Part shown: positions 38,106-47,596 of the stretch, piece after piece | How positions within the stretch are numbered: position 1 is the stretch's first letter | Layout of the letters: every line of letters starts with the position of its first letter | DNA from: Ignavibacteriales bacterium | Lineage (GTDB): Bacteria; Bacteroidota; Ignavibacteria; Ignavibacteriales; SURF-24 | DNA length: 64,000 bases | Direction of reading: 5' to 3' | Assembly: GCA_026390815.1 (NCBI GenBank) | Contig: JAPLFH010000011.1 | Span: 2,122-66,121, forward strand | Program-made: the position numbers and the translations under genes | The notes under the pieces: model-generated | The model's input: only the letters and a program-made list of their open reading frames with translations | Told to the model about the DNA's origin: nothing | Database searches by the model: none

Positions 38106-39656
38106 TTAAGCTTTTACTCCGCCCACAGTTATTTTACCTACTTTAACCGTTGGCAAGCCCATAGAAACAGGAACGCCCTGTCCATTCTTTCCGCAAGTCC
38201 AGCCGCCTTCAGCCATTTGCATGTCATCGGCAACCATTTGAATATCGGCAAGAACTTTGGGACCATTTCCAATTATGTTAATGTCTTTAATTGGTTTGGT
38301 TAATTTTCCATCCTCAATTAAGTAACCGGATTTTACATAGAAGGTAAAATCGCCTGCACCAATAAATACTTGTCCATTAGTAAACGATTCGGCATAAATT
38401 CCTTTTTTTACGCTTGCAATTATTTCATCTTTTGTGTGTGGACCTGGCAGCATATATGTATTTCTCATTCGCGGTTGGGGTGCAAACCGGAATGATTCTC
38501 TGCGACCGCTGCCAGTTGGTTTAACTTTATAATACTGTGCACTTATTCTATCGTGCAGGTAACTTCTTAATATTCCGTTTTCTACTAAGAAAGTTTTTTC
38601 TGTGGGATTTCCTTCATCATCAATATTAATTGAACCGCGGATGTTTGGATTGGTTGCATCATCAACAATATTAACAAATTTTTCTGCAACTGGTTTATTA
38701 ATTTTATCGCTAAAGATTGAAATGTTCTTCCGGTTAAAATCCGCTTCCATACCATGACCAATTGCTTCGTGAAGAAGAATACCAGAACTTCCGGCAGCAA
38801 GCACAACCGGCATTTCCCCGGCATCAGGTTTAACTGCTTCAAATAATTCTACTGTTCTTCTTACAGATTCTTTAGCAAGCCTATCGATATTAGCCGGAGT
38901 AAAAAATTCAATTCCTCTTCTCCCGGATAGATCGAAATAGTTTTGTTCTCTTTTACCATTTTGTTCTGCATTACAGCTAACGGATATTTGTCCCATCGGT
39001 TGGTAATCGAATTGAATTACACCATCCGAATTAGCAAGCAGAATATATTTAGTTTCATTGGTAAACCAAATATTGGATTTAATAATGCGCTTGTCTTCAG
39101 CAAAAACTTTATCGTTAATCTGTTGCAGGTATGGAATTTTTTTATCGATTCCGATTTGCTCCCATGGTGTTTCTATCGGATAATAATTTGGAGCGTCCTT
39201 AAGTTTAAGCTGGACTTGTTTAATTACACTTTTAGAATCTGCAATATTGGCGGCAGTTAGTGCAGCCAGTTTCATCGCTTTGGGAGTTATCTCTTCCGAA
39301 AAAGAATATCCGGTCTGATCCCCTTTTAATACACGGATTCCAACTCCAAAACCAACATCGCTATATGCCCGGTTTACAGCTTTGTCTTCAAGTCCAATGT
39401 AATTAGCAATGCTGTGCTCAAAGAAAAGATCGCAGTAATCTCCTCCCCTGGACAAAGCTTCAGACATAATTTCGCTAATTAATTTTTCGTCAATACCAAA
39501 ATGATTGTAATAGTCAAGGAGTTTCATATCAACTCCCTTAGTTAGTGGAAATGCTTTATCTAAATTTGATTTAAGAAAAGGTGGAATTAACGCAACAGCT
39601 ACTAATCCCTTTGAACTTCTTTCTAGAAAAGCACGCCGTGAGATTTTTGAACTCAT
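38106..39656 (-). CDS. tldD: TldD-family metallopeptidase with twin-arginine (Tat) signal
   Basis: 'SRRAFLE' followed by hydrophobic 'GLVAVALIPPFL'. Catalytic 'HEAIGHGME'. 'GAGDFTFYV', 'NIIGNG'. Confidence 0.85.
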   Translation of the reverse strand: MSSKISRRAFLERSSKGLVAVALIPPFLKSNLDKAFPLTKGVDMKLLDYYNHFGIDEKLISEIMSEALSRGGDYCDLFFEHSIANYIGLEDKAVNRAYSDVGFGVGIRVLKGDQTGYSFSEEITPKAMKLAALTAANIADSKSVIKQVQLKLKDAPNYYPIETPWEQIGIDKKIPYLQQINDKVFAEDKRIIKSNIWFTNETKYILLANSDGVIQFDYQPMGQISVSCNAEQNGKREQNYFDLSGRRGIEFFTPANIDRLAKESVRRTVELFEAVKPDAGEMPVVLAAGSSGILLHEAIGHGMEADFNRKNISIFSDKINKPVAEKFVNIVDDATNPNIRGSINIDDEGNPTEKTFLVENGILRSYLHDRISAQYYKVKPTGSGRRESFRFAPQPRMRNTYMLPGPHTKDEIIASVKKGIYAESFTNGQVFIGAGDFTFYVKSGYLIEDGKLTKPIKDINIIGNGPKVLADIQMVADDMQMAEGGWTCGKNGQGVPVSMGLPTVKVGKITVGGVKA

Positions 39657-39769
39657 ATACTCTCCTAATTAATTTATAATTGGCAAGTTTTCAGCGGCAA
39701 TTTAGTAAAAATAAATTGAAGTAGGTAGACCGTTTATAGAAATTTAACATTTTATTTCAGGACGGATAA

Positions 39770-39798
39770 AGAGCCACTTTAGTTTTAAAAGTGGCTCT
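39770..39798 (-). terminator. hairpin downstream of the first T9SS paralogue
   Basis: AGAGCCACTT (39770-39779) / AAGTGGCTCT (39789-39798), 9-nt loop. On the minus strand it is followed by TTATCC, a weak U-tract. Confidence 0.4.
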
Positions 39799-39823
39799 AC
39801 AAAAATGGTAGAAGATTAATCAG

Positions 39824-41515
39824 TTACTTCATTAAAACAAGTTTCTTAGTCTCTATGGAATTGCCAACTTTTAGCTGATAAAAGTAAACTCCGCTGGATA
39901 ATTTATAATTTACAGTTGATAATGTATAATGATGAATGCCGGCTGTAAGTTCTTCATTAATTAAAGTTGCTACTTCTTCACCGAGTATATCAAAGATTTT
40001 TAGAATTACGAATGACGAATTAGGAATTACGAACGAAATAGTAGTTGAGGGATTAAACGGATTAGGATAATTCTGGTAAAGCTCAAACTTAGCCGGAATT
40101 TGATCACTACTTTTTTGAACTTCAGTTACAGAACGATTGAAAAAGTTTTGGACTTCTAATTTTGTATTCTTCAAAACAGAAACACTGTTAATGTTGTCTG
40201 TTCCCCGCGCTATCGCTATTGCAATTACAACTTCCTGAGTATCACCAGGTGCAAAGTTGAATGGACCAGAACTAAATATAAAATATCTTTCACCGGCTGG
40301 AAGTCCACCAGGCCAGCCTGCTCCTTCATACCAACCTGTTTTTGTAGATGGATCTCCATTAAGTACAAGAGTGGTTGCCTGTCCTGTGACAGGATCGATT
40401 ATGGGATTACCATCTTTCATTAATCCTTTTAGTCCGTTGTAATATGGAATTGCATCTCCATATGCCGGACAACCATAGATTGTACTTCCACAATTATAAA
40501 GCATAAACGAAGTTAAAGGAAGATTCTTATACCCGGTTTTCCATCGATCATTAATTATTGCACTATCATTCTGTGTACCTGGCACAATCGGACCTTGAAG
40601 AATCATATATCCAACAGCAGGAGGCGCAGTGCCATAACCTCCATATTGAGCTTCATCTTTGTTATCGCTGTTATAGCAATAAACCATATTAAGAACAGGA
40701 TGTGAACCTGCATAATCATCAACTGCATTTCCTAAATCGGGATCTACAAAATAACCAAGATACATATCCTCAACATTGGAATTCCCCTTGTTAATAATTG
40801 TTTGTTTTTTAAATACTACGTTTTCTAATCCGGGTTGATTGAATGCATAAATACAAGTTTGCACTTCGAATCCAAATGGATTATTCCCAAAATTATAGTT
40901 TGACTTAACGCTGTCCAAGTCATTGGAAACAGACCACAAAACTTCATCGCCGTAAAAATTTGCTTCACCAACATCATAACTGCCGTTTCCGTTTGCATCT
41001 TTCCAGGGAGCTCCATCCCATACAGGCCATTCCGTTAGATCTTTTTGGTAAGCATCTCGTTTCTCTCCCTGCGGTAAGCTCATCCAGTCCTTTCTGATTT
41101 TGTACACTCGGTTCCCCATCAAAGTTGGATCATCAGGTAATCCATTTGGTAATATCTTTCCGGCGGCAAATGCCGTTCTGTGAGTGTTGCCATTAACCGT
41201 TACCTGATTATTTACTTTTCCACCCCAGATCAGACCATCAGCAAAAATTGCACTTAAAGTTGCATTTTCTCCACCAGGCCATAAAAAACCTGCACCCGAT
41301 GGAGTAGTACAACCCGATCCGTTGTTACTTGCCCACATTTTTACTTCATTTATAGCGATATAATTATAAAAATTTACAGTTTGAATCTCAGCGGGATTTT
41401 TCTTCAAAAGGGTTTTTGCTTTCAATTCGCATATTGATTCATTGGAAACGACTTGTGGAAAAGCAATTATTGAAATTATCAGAAATGTTAACAAAGCAAG
41501 AATTAAAGATTTCAT
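39824..41515 (-). CDS. secreted T9SS-sorted protein, paralogue A (unassigned core domain + Por C-terminal sorting domain)
   Basis: Signal peptide. Core with 'VNGNTHR', 'GKILPNG', 'GDEVLW.V.ND.D', 'DPDLGN..DDY', 'PPAVGY..LQGP', 'APGDTQEVV.AI..ARGTDN'. C-terminal 'YQNYPNPFNPSTTISF...LKIFD..G..V' is a T9SS CTD. Confidence 0.8.
   Translation of the reverse strand: MKSLILALLTFLIISIIAFPQVVSNESICELKAKTLLKKNPAEIQTVNFYNYIAINEVKMWASNNGSGCTTPSGAGFLWPGGENATLSAIFADGLIWGGKVNNQVTVNGNTHRTAFAAGKILPNGLPDDPTLMGNRVYKIRKDWMSLPQGEKRDAYQKDLTEWPVWDGAPWKDANGNGSYDVGEANFYGDEVLWSVSNDLDSVKSNYNFGNNPFGFEVQTCIYAFNQPGLENVVFKKQTIINKGNSNVEDMYLGYFVDPDLGNAVDDYAGSHPVLNMVYCYNSDNKDEAQYGGYGTAPPAVGYMILQGPIVPGTQNDSAIINDRWKTGYKNLPLTSFMLYNCGSTIYGCPAYGDAIPYYNGLKGLMKDGNPIIDPVTGQATTLVLNGDPSTKTGWYEGAGWPGGLPAGERYFIFSSGPFNFAPGDTQEVVIAIAIARGTDNINSVSVLKNTKLEVQNFFNRSVTEVQKSSDQIPAKFELYQNYPNPFNPSTTISFVIPNSSFVILKIFDILGEEVATLINEELTAGIHHYTLSTVNYKLSSGVYFYQLKVGNSIETKKLVLMK
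40003..40037 (+). repeat. five tandem GAATTAC-family heptamers inside the CTD coding sequence of paralogue A
   Basis: GAATTAC GAATGAC GAATTAG GAATTAC GAACGAA on the + strand, antisense to the codons for 'FVIPNSSFVIL'. Confidence 0.65.
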
Positions 41516-41629
41516 AAGAACCCCTTACCTATTTAATTAAAAAATAAAACCTTCCTTTCCATCCTAAAATTTAGTTAAGATATATAATTACATTACAAAC
41601 TTAGTAAATCTGCTTTCAAAGTCAACTCA

Positions 41630-44485
41630 TTATTTTAACATCAACATTTTCTGTGTAAGTGATTTTTCTCCTGATTTAAGTTGAATTAAATAAACACCGG
41701 AGGATAATTTATAATTTATAGTTGATAATGTATAATGATGAATGCCGGCTTTAAGTTCTTCATTAATTAAAGTTGCTACTTCTTCACCGAGTACATCAAA
41801 GATTTTAAGAATTACAAATGACGAATTAGGAATTACGAAAGAAATTGTTGTTGAGGGATTAAATGGATTTGGGTAGTTCTGATAAAGTTCAAACTTTGCT
41901 GGAAGAATTTTTTCCTTCTTTACATCTGTCGGAATGTGAGAATCATAAAACTCCTGAACAACTTTTGCTTTTCTTTTTAATTCGGCAACGCTGTTTATAT
42001 TATCTGTTCCTCTTGCCATTATTATAGCATAGACAACTTCCTGAGTATCTTCAGAAGCCATTTTGGATGGACCTGAATCTACCATCAATCTTCTATCATA
42101 AGGCAAAGGTCCTCCGGGCCATCCTTTCCCTTCATACCAACCTGACCCAGCTATTGGATCTCCGCTTAAACCATATTTTGTCGAGAGTCCTGTATTTGGA
42201 TCAGTTAAAGGATTGCCCGCGAACGTTGTTAAACATCGCATATTGTTATACATTTGAAGTGTACCTTCATAAATTCCAACTGAAGGATCGGTTGTTCCTG
42301 GCATCCAGTTTTTAATAATAGGCGTGAACATTGTCATTCCTAAGTTTTTATAACCGTGCTTCCATCTATCATCAAATCTTGCCGAATCTGATATTTCTGA
42401 CAAGAGAATGGGACCTTGAAGAAGCAAATATCCTATTGCTGGAGGTGGGCTGCCATACATGTAATCATCATTTTTCCCATTATAGCAAAAGCCTAAATTC
42501 AAAGTTGAATCACAACCAATATAATCATCACTTGCATCACCTAAATCTGGATCAGCCCAATAAGACAGATACATATCTTTAATTTCTTTTCCGCTTCTGT
42601 TTATCAATTTATATTTCTTAAATACAACATCTGCAAGATCATCTTGTCTGTCATATCCAAATGTTGATACCTGAACTTCCAATCCAATTGGGTTGCTTCC
42701 ATAAGTTCTTATCGAAGTTGCTGTATCAAGATCATTTGCCACAAACCATAGAACTTCGTCTCCAAGAAATCCTGGTTGATCAATACCTTTTGTAAATTTT
42801 CCATCTTCATCTTCATCAATAAAAGGTGCTCCTAAATCTCCAGGCCAATTCTGGTAGTTATATTCATATCTGTCTTTCTCAGGTCCACCAGGCAACAATT
42901 GCCAATCCTTTTTTATTTTCCAAATTCCTTCCGCAGATCCCGCATTTCCATCTGGTAATATTTTGCCCGGTTTTAATCCTTGTCTATGTGTATTTCCATT
43001 CACATAAATCTTTCCGTCAATTTTTCCTCCCCAAAGCAATCCATCTTCAAAACTAGCTCCAATCGTTGCGTCCTTACCTCCGGGCCAATAAAATCCCTGT
43101 CCATCTGTAATTGGATCATGAGACCCATCTCCGTTGTTTCCAATCCACATTTTTATCTGGTTGACAGCAACAAAATCATAGTTGGGATTATAACCAATAG
43201 TAAAAGTACTATCGCTTATATCATAATTATAATTTTTATCTGTATCTATAATTTTTAGCTTACAATTGGAACTTGGTAAGTTTAGTACCGTCCATTTAAA
43301 TTTATTTGTTTCAGAAATTTGTTCAGCAATGGTTAACCAATGAAAACCGTTATCTGTACTAATTTCGCATTTAACCCTGAAAACATTTTTGCTTTCCCAC
43401 TCAAAATTATATTCTGAACCAATCGTTAAATATTCACCTGGTTGAGGTTTCCAAAGGATAAGACTTGAGTAATTGCCGTTTGCATCAGTTTTAATTAATT
43501 TAATATTGCCATTTTCTCCTGCTATAATAAAGCCATTATCTCTTGTTTGTCCTATAAAACTTGGAAAACCACCTGAGATAGTTTTACTCCATAAAGTATC
43601 ACCTTGCTGATTTATTTTCTTTAACCATTCTCTTCCAACAAGGATAAAACAAGAATCATTTGTTTGATTAATAAAATATGCTCTTCCAGATAATGGTTTT
43701 ACCCAAACATTATTTCCGGCAGAATCAATTTTTGTTACGTAATTATTTCCTGGCAATAGGATTCCTTCGTCAGATGTTTTTATCATTGAATAAGAAATTG
43801 AACTTAGTATACTTGTCCATAGTGAATCACCCAGTCTACTTACTTTGAGAAGTTTTGAGTTTGCTAAAAGTGCATACCCATCATAAAACTCAACAACCGG
43901 TAGCCTAGTAGTGTATGAAGTAAAAGGTAAATAATAGTTTTTCTTCCAGATTACATTGCCAATTGAATCGGTCTTTATAAGAACTTCACATATATCTGGT
44001 GAAGATAAACTTGAACTTGCGGAAGCATATCCGGAAATGATAAATCCATTATCTTTTGTCTCTACTACAAAAGAGCAAAATTCATTTTTAACTGAAGCGA
44101 ATAACCTTGTCCAAAGCGTATCGCCATTTGAATTTATTTTTATTAAAAACAGGTTAACAACTTCACCGGTTTTCTTTATGGCAATTACTACAAAGTTTCC
44201 ATCTGATGTAGTTGTTATGAAAGGCGAATTTAATCCAAGCGCATCATAATTCTTTTCCCAAACTTTTTCACCATGTTTATCAACCTTTAATACTCTTAGC
44301 TTTGAATTGGTCAAATCACTTGAAATACTATTTGCGTCACGTCCTGCAATAATAAAATCATCTTCTGTTGTTTGCACAACTGAATAGCCAATACCCTTAC
44401 CAAAATGCTTTTCAAATGTAATACTCTGTGCAATTATGGCTAAATAAAAAAGGAAATAAAATAAAAAGGAAAAAATGATTTTCAT
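41630..44485 (-). CDS. secreted T9SS-sorted protein, paralogue B (7-blade propeller-like N-domain + Ig-like domain + core + CTD)
   Basis: Signal peptide. Seven repeats of the type 'T.DNGFII.G......LIKTD..GN..W.K'. Ig-like 'FEWES..V..V.I..STDNG..W..I.....N.F.W.V'. Same core and CTD as paralogue A. Confidence 0.8.
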   Translation of the reverse strand: MKIIFSFLFYFLFYLAIIAQSITFEKHFGKGIGYSVVQTTEDDFIIAGRDANSISSDLTNSKLRVLKVDKHGEKVWEKNYDALGLNSPFITTTSDGNFVVIAIKKTGEVVNLFLIKINSNGDTLWTRLFASVKNEFCSFVVETKDNGFIISGYASASSSLSSPDICEVLIKTDSIGNVIWKKNYYLPFTSYTTRLPVVEFYDGYALLANSKLLKVSRLGDSLWTSILSSISYSMIKTSDEGILLPGNNYVTKIDSAGNNVWVKPLSGRAYFINQTNDSCFILVGREWLKKINQQGDTLWSKTISGGFPSFIGQTRDNGFIIAGENGNIKLIKTDANGNYSSLILWKPQPGEYLTIGSEYNFEWESKNVFRVKCEISTDNGFHWLTIAEQISETNKFKWTVLNLPSSNCKLKIIDTDKNYNYDISDSTFTIGYNPNYDFVAVNQIKMWIGNNGDGSHDPITDGQGFYWPGGKDATIGASFEDGLLWGGKIDGKIYVNGNTHRQGLKPGKILPDGNAGSAEGIWKIKKDWQLLPGGPEKDRYEYNYQNWPGDLGAPFIDEDEDGKFTKGIDQPGFLGDEVLWFVANDLDTATSIRTYGSNPIGLEVQVSTFGYDRQDDLADVVFKKYKLINRSGKEIKDMYLSYWADPDLGDASDDYIGCDSTLNLGFCYNGKNDDYMYGSPPPAIGYLLLQGPILLSEISDSARFDDRWKHGYKNLGMTMFTPIIKNWMPGTTDPSVGIYEGTLQMYNNMRCLTTFAGNPLTDPNTGLSTKYGLSGDPIAGSGWYEGKGWPGGPLPYDRRLMVDSGPSKMASEDTQEVVYAIIMARGTDNINSVAELKRKAKVVQEFYDSHIPTDVKKEKILPAKFELYQNYPNPFNPSTTISFVIPNSSFVILKIFDVLGEEVATLINEELKAGIHHYTLSTINYKLSSGVYLIQLKSGEKSLTQKMLMLK
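41809..41843 (+). repeat. GAATTAC-family heptamer run inside the CTD coding sequence of paralogue B
   Basis: GAATTAC AAATGAC GAATTAG GAATTAC GAAAGAA, exactly 1806 nt from the copy in paralogue A. Confidence 0.65.
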
Positions 44486-47373
44486 TTTATTAACACCAAT
44501 TTTTTTGTATTGAAATAATTTCCCGCCTTCAGTCTGTATATATATATCCCACTTGCTAATTTACTTCCATCAAATTTTACTTCATAATTTCCTGCCGTTT
44601 TTTCCTCATTAACTAAAGTTGTCACTTCTTTTCCAAGCACATCAAATATTTTTAATTCTACTCCGCTCCTTTCTGGAATGGAATATTTTATTGTTGTTGT
44701 TGGATTAAATGGATTCGGAAAGTTCTGATAAAGTTTATATTCTTCAGGAATAATTTTACTATCATTAACATCACTCAGAATTCCAAGGTAATAGAAATTT
44801 TTTACTGCTTTGGTTTTATCCTTAAGAACTTTAATGCTGTTGATGTTGTCAGTTCCTCTTCCAATTATAATTGCATACACAACTTCCTGAGTATCACCAG
44901 GAGCAAAGTTAAATGAACCGGAAGTAACCATAAGTCTTCTATCACCGGGGTAGTGTATTGGAGTGATATCATAACCGGGAGGCCAACCTTTACCTTCATA
45001 CCAACCGATTTCAGCTACCGGATCACCTGCTAAACCAAATTTTGTTGTATCACCCGTATTCGGATCAATCATCGGCTCACCTTCATTTCTTAATCCATTA
45101 AGTAAATTATAAAATTGAAGCGTGCCCTCGTATCGTCCTTGAGATGGATCATGTGTCCAGAATGAACCTTTCATATTTGGAACGAAAGAACTCATTCCCA
45201 AATTCTTAAATCCATTATGCCAGAAATTGTTGAAGAAAGCGCTATCGGAAGAGTTTGAAGTTTGCTTTGGTCCTTGTAATAAAAGATAACCTAAAGCAGG
45301 CGGCGGTGTACCATAACCATAATTTCCTGATCCATCAATATTATCTGCGTTGTAGGTAAACCCGAAATTTAGAAGTGTATCGCAGCCAACATAATCATCA
45401 TTACCATCACCCAGGTCTGTGTCCGACCAATAACCAAAATACATATCTTCAACTATTGAATTGCTTTTATTTATAATCTTATATTTTTTGAACACAACAT
45501 CAGCCAAATCATCAGTCCTGTTATAACCATAAGTTGTAGCCTGAACTTCCAATCCGATAGGTTCGCTTCCGTACGTGTAGTGAGTAATTGTTGAATCAAG
45601 ATCGTTAGCAACAAACCACAGTGTTTCATCGCCTTCAAACTTTGGTTTGTCTATTCCTTTTGTGTACTGCCCATCGTGGTTTATATCTTCATACGGGGCA
45701 CCAAGTTCGCCAGGCCAGTTATTATAATTGTATTCAAATGCATCTCTTTCAGATCCGGGTGGAAGCGATTCCCAATCTTTTCTAATTTTCCAAATATTAT
45801 AAATTGGTTTGGTGGTAGTATCAGGCAAACCATTTGATAAAATTTTGCCTGGCTGTAAGCCATTTCTATGTGTATTACCATTTACATTTATTACTCCATT
45901 TACTTTCCCTCCCCAAATTAAGCCATCCTGAAATACAGCACCGATAGTTGCATCTTTGCCACCGGGCCAATAAAGTCCCGCCCCATCTGATCTCGGATCG
46001 TGTGAACCCATTCCATTATTACCAACAAACATTAAAATCTGATTGATGTCTATGTAATTGATGGTGCCCGGATCAAAGATCCGGAAACTTATTTCGCTTA
46101 TATCAAAAAGCTCAGGATATTCAGCATCAACAATTTTGAGTTTGCCTTTTATAGTTGGTGTTTCGGGTACTACCCAAACATATGAGCTAGTATCCGGCAA
46201 ATTCTTCACAATCTCAATCCAGTTTACTCCATCATCAGTTGAGTAATATAAATCAACTTTATTTACTGCTTCACTTCTCCAATTAATAGTGATACTATCA
46301 TTTATAAAAAAAGTATAATTGGAAAGTGTAAGACTAAGTCTTTTTACTTCATACTCATTATTTGTTTTCATTAGCCAGGGTGGTGAATAAACTGCAATAT
46401 AATCGCTAGCACCACTGATTATTAGCCCTTTATCTAAAGCTTCCTTTACAAAAAGGGCATTGTAGTTATACAGACTTTTCTGCCTTATTAAATTTCCATC
46501 TTCATCAAGAATTTTTAAAAACCTATTATTTTGCCCATAGGATACAAGAGCAATTTTTTTATCATAAGTTTCAACCATATCAGTAAGTTTAAAAGGGAAA
46601 TCTTTCTGCCATAAAATATTGCCGGATTTGTTGAACTTATATAATTTTGTATTAACACAAGCTAAAAATCCTCCATCGGCTAATGGAGTAATGCTGTTCA
46701 CCTTCATATCCAGTTTGGTTGTCCAAAGTGAATCACCGTTTTGGTTTACACCAAGTAAAGAACTACTATTTGCAATTACTAGTTTATCATCTGCAAGTTT
46801 TATAAATTGACAATCAATATTGGAAAAGAGTGCGGGATATTTGTAATGTTTCATCCAGATAAGATTACCAAGCGAATCTGTTCTAATCAGAATTGGATTT
46901 ACATAAGTACCAGCAAGAATTAAAAAACCAGAATCATCCATCTGCATTACCATCATTCCATATTCCTTCAACAATGAATCACCATAGAATTTCTGCCATT
47001 CTAATTTGTTGTCGGAGCTAAACTTTGTAAGAGAGATATTTACGTAGGAATTTGGGTTTTTCCCTTTAATAATAGAAGAAACAACTGTCCAACCTCCATC
47101 AGAGGTATTACATAATGGATTTGATCTGAGAAACAATTCGACTGTTAAATCATTATAACCTATAACTCTGCCTTTCTGATCAATATGTACTATTTTCATT
47201 GTTGGATTATAAATAGCAATAGCTACCAGGTAACTGCTGTCTTTTCTTTGCTCAGATCCAAGATAATTGAAATTCTTGTAGCGAGTATAAACGCTATCAA
47301 ATGTAATAACCTGTGCATTGTAAGATGATAGACATAAAAATAAAAGAATGAAGAAAGTTTTTATCTTTTTCAT
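44482..47373 (-). CDS. secreted T9SS-sorted protein, paralogue C
   Basis: Same four-part architecture as B, with a type-2 CTD ('YQNFPNPFNPTTTIKYSIPERS.VELKIFD'). ATGA overlap with paralogue B. Confidence 0.8.
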   Translation of the reverse strand: MKKIKTFFILLFLCLSSYNAQVITFDSVYTRYKNFNYLGSEQRKDSSYLVAIAIYNPTMKIVHIDQKGRVIGYNDLTVELFLRSNPLCNTSDGGWTVVSSIIKGKNPNSYVNISLTKFSSDNKLEWQKFYGDSLLKEYGMMVMQMDDSGFLILAGTYVNPILIRTDSLGNLIWMKHYKYPALFSNIDCQFIKLADDKLVIANSSSLLGVNQNGDSLWTTKLDMKVNSITPLADGGFLACVNTKLYKFNKSGNILWQKDFPFKLTDMVETYDKKIALVSYGQNNRFLKILDEDGNLIRQKSLYNYNALFVKEALDKGLIISGASDYIAVYSPPWLMKTNNEYEVKRLSLTLSNYTFFINDSITINWRSEAVNKVDLYYSTDDGVNWIEIVKNLPDTSSYVWVVPETPTIKGKLKIVDAEYPELFDISEISFRIFDPGTINYIDINQILMFVGNNGMGSHDPRSDGAGLYWPGGKDATIGAVFQDGLIWGGKVNGVINVNGNTHRNGLQPGKILSNGLPDTTTKPIYNIWKIRKDWESLPPGSERDAFEYNYNNWPGELGAPYEDINHDGQYTKGIDKPKFEGDETLWFVANDLDSTITHYTYGSEPIGLEVQATTYGYNRTDDLADVVFKKYKIINKSNSIVEDMYFGYWSDTDLGDGNDDYVGCDTLLNFGFTYNADNIDGSGNYGYGTPPPALGYLLLQGPKQTSNSSDSAFFNNFWHNGFKNLGMSSFVPNMKGSFWTHDPSQGRYEGTLQFYNLLNGLRNEGEPMIDPNTGDTTKFGLAGDPVAEIGWYEGKGWPPGYDITPIHYPGDRRLMVTSGSFNFAPGDTQEVVYAIIIGRGTDNINSIKVLKDKTKAVKNFYYLGILSDVNDSKIIPEEYKLYQNFPNPFNPTTTIKYSIPERSGVELKIFDVLGKEVTTLVNEEKTAGNYEVKFDGSKLASGIYIYRLKAGNYFNTKKLVLIK

Positions 47374-47380
47374 ATACCTC

Positions 47381-47596
47381 TCAAAAATTTGTTGTCATTT
47401 TGGACAGGATTTTATTTGTAAGCAAATAGAAATAATGGCTTTCGATTAAATATTCGCCATCCTTTGTTTGGATAGCTGTAAATCCAGGACTTTTAGAATA
47501 ATCTCTAATGAAAGTGTTCGTCTGAGAAAATAACTGTCCATTTAACAGTAAACAGCGCTTAAGGCAAATTAAAATTATTTTTATATAATTCATCAT
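47381..47596 (-). pseudogene. 5' relic of a fifth paralogue (signal peptide + first blade only)
   Basis: The 71-aa ORF aligns with the N-terminus of paralogue D ('QLFSQTNTFI.(D/N)YS....IQTKD.(E/G)YLI'). Its h-region is disrupted by K/R/C. It keeps the ATGA junction with D's stop and ends 7 nt before C's start. Confidence 0.6.
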
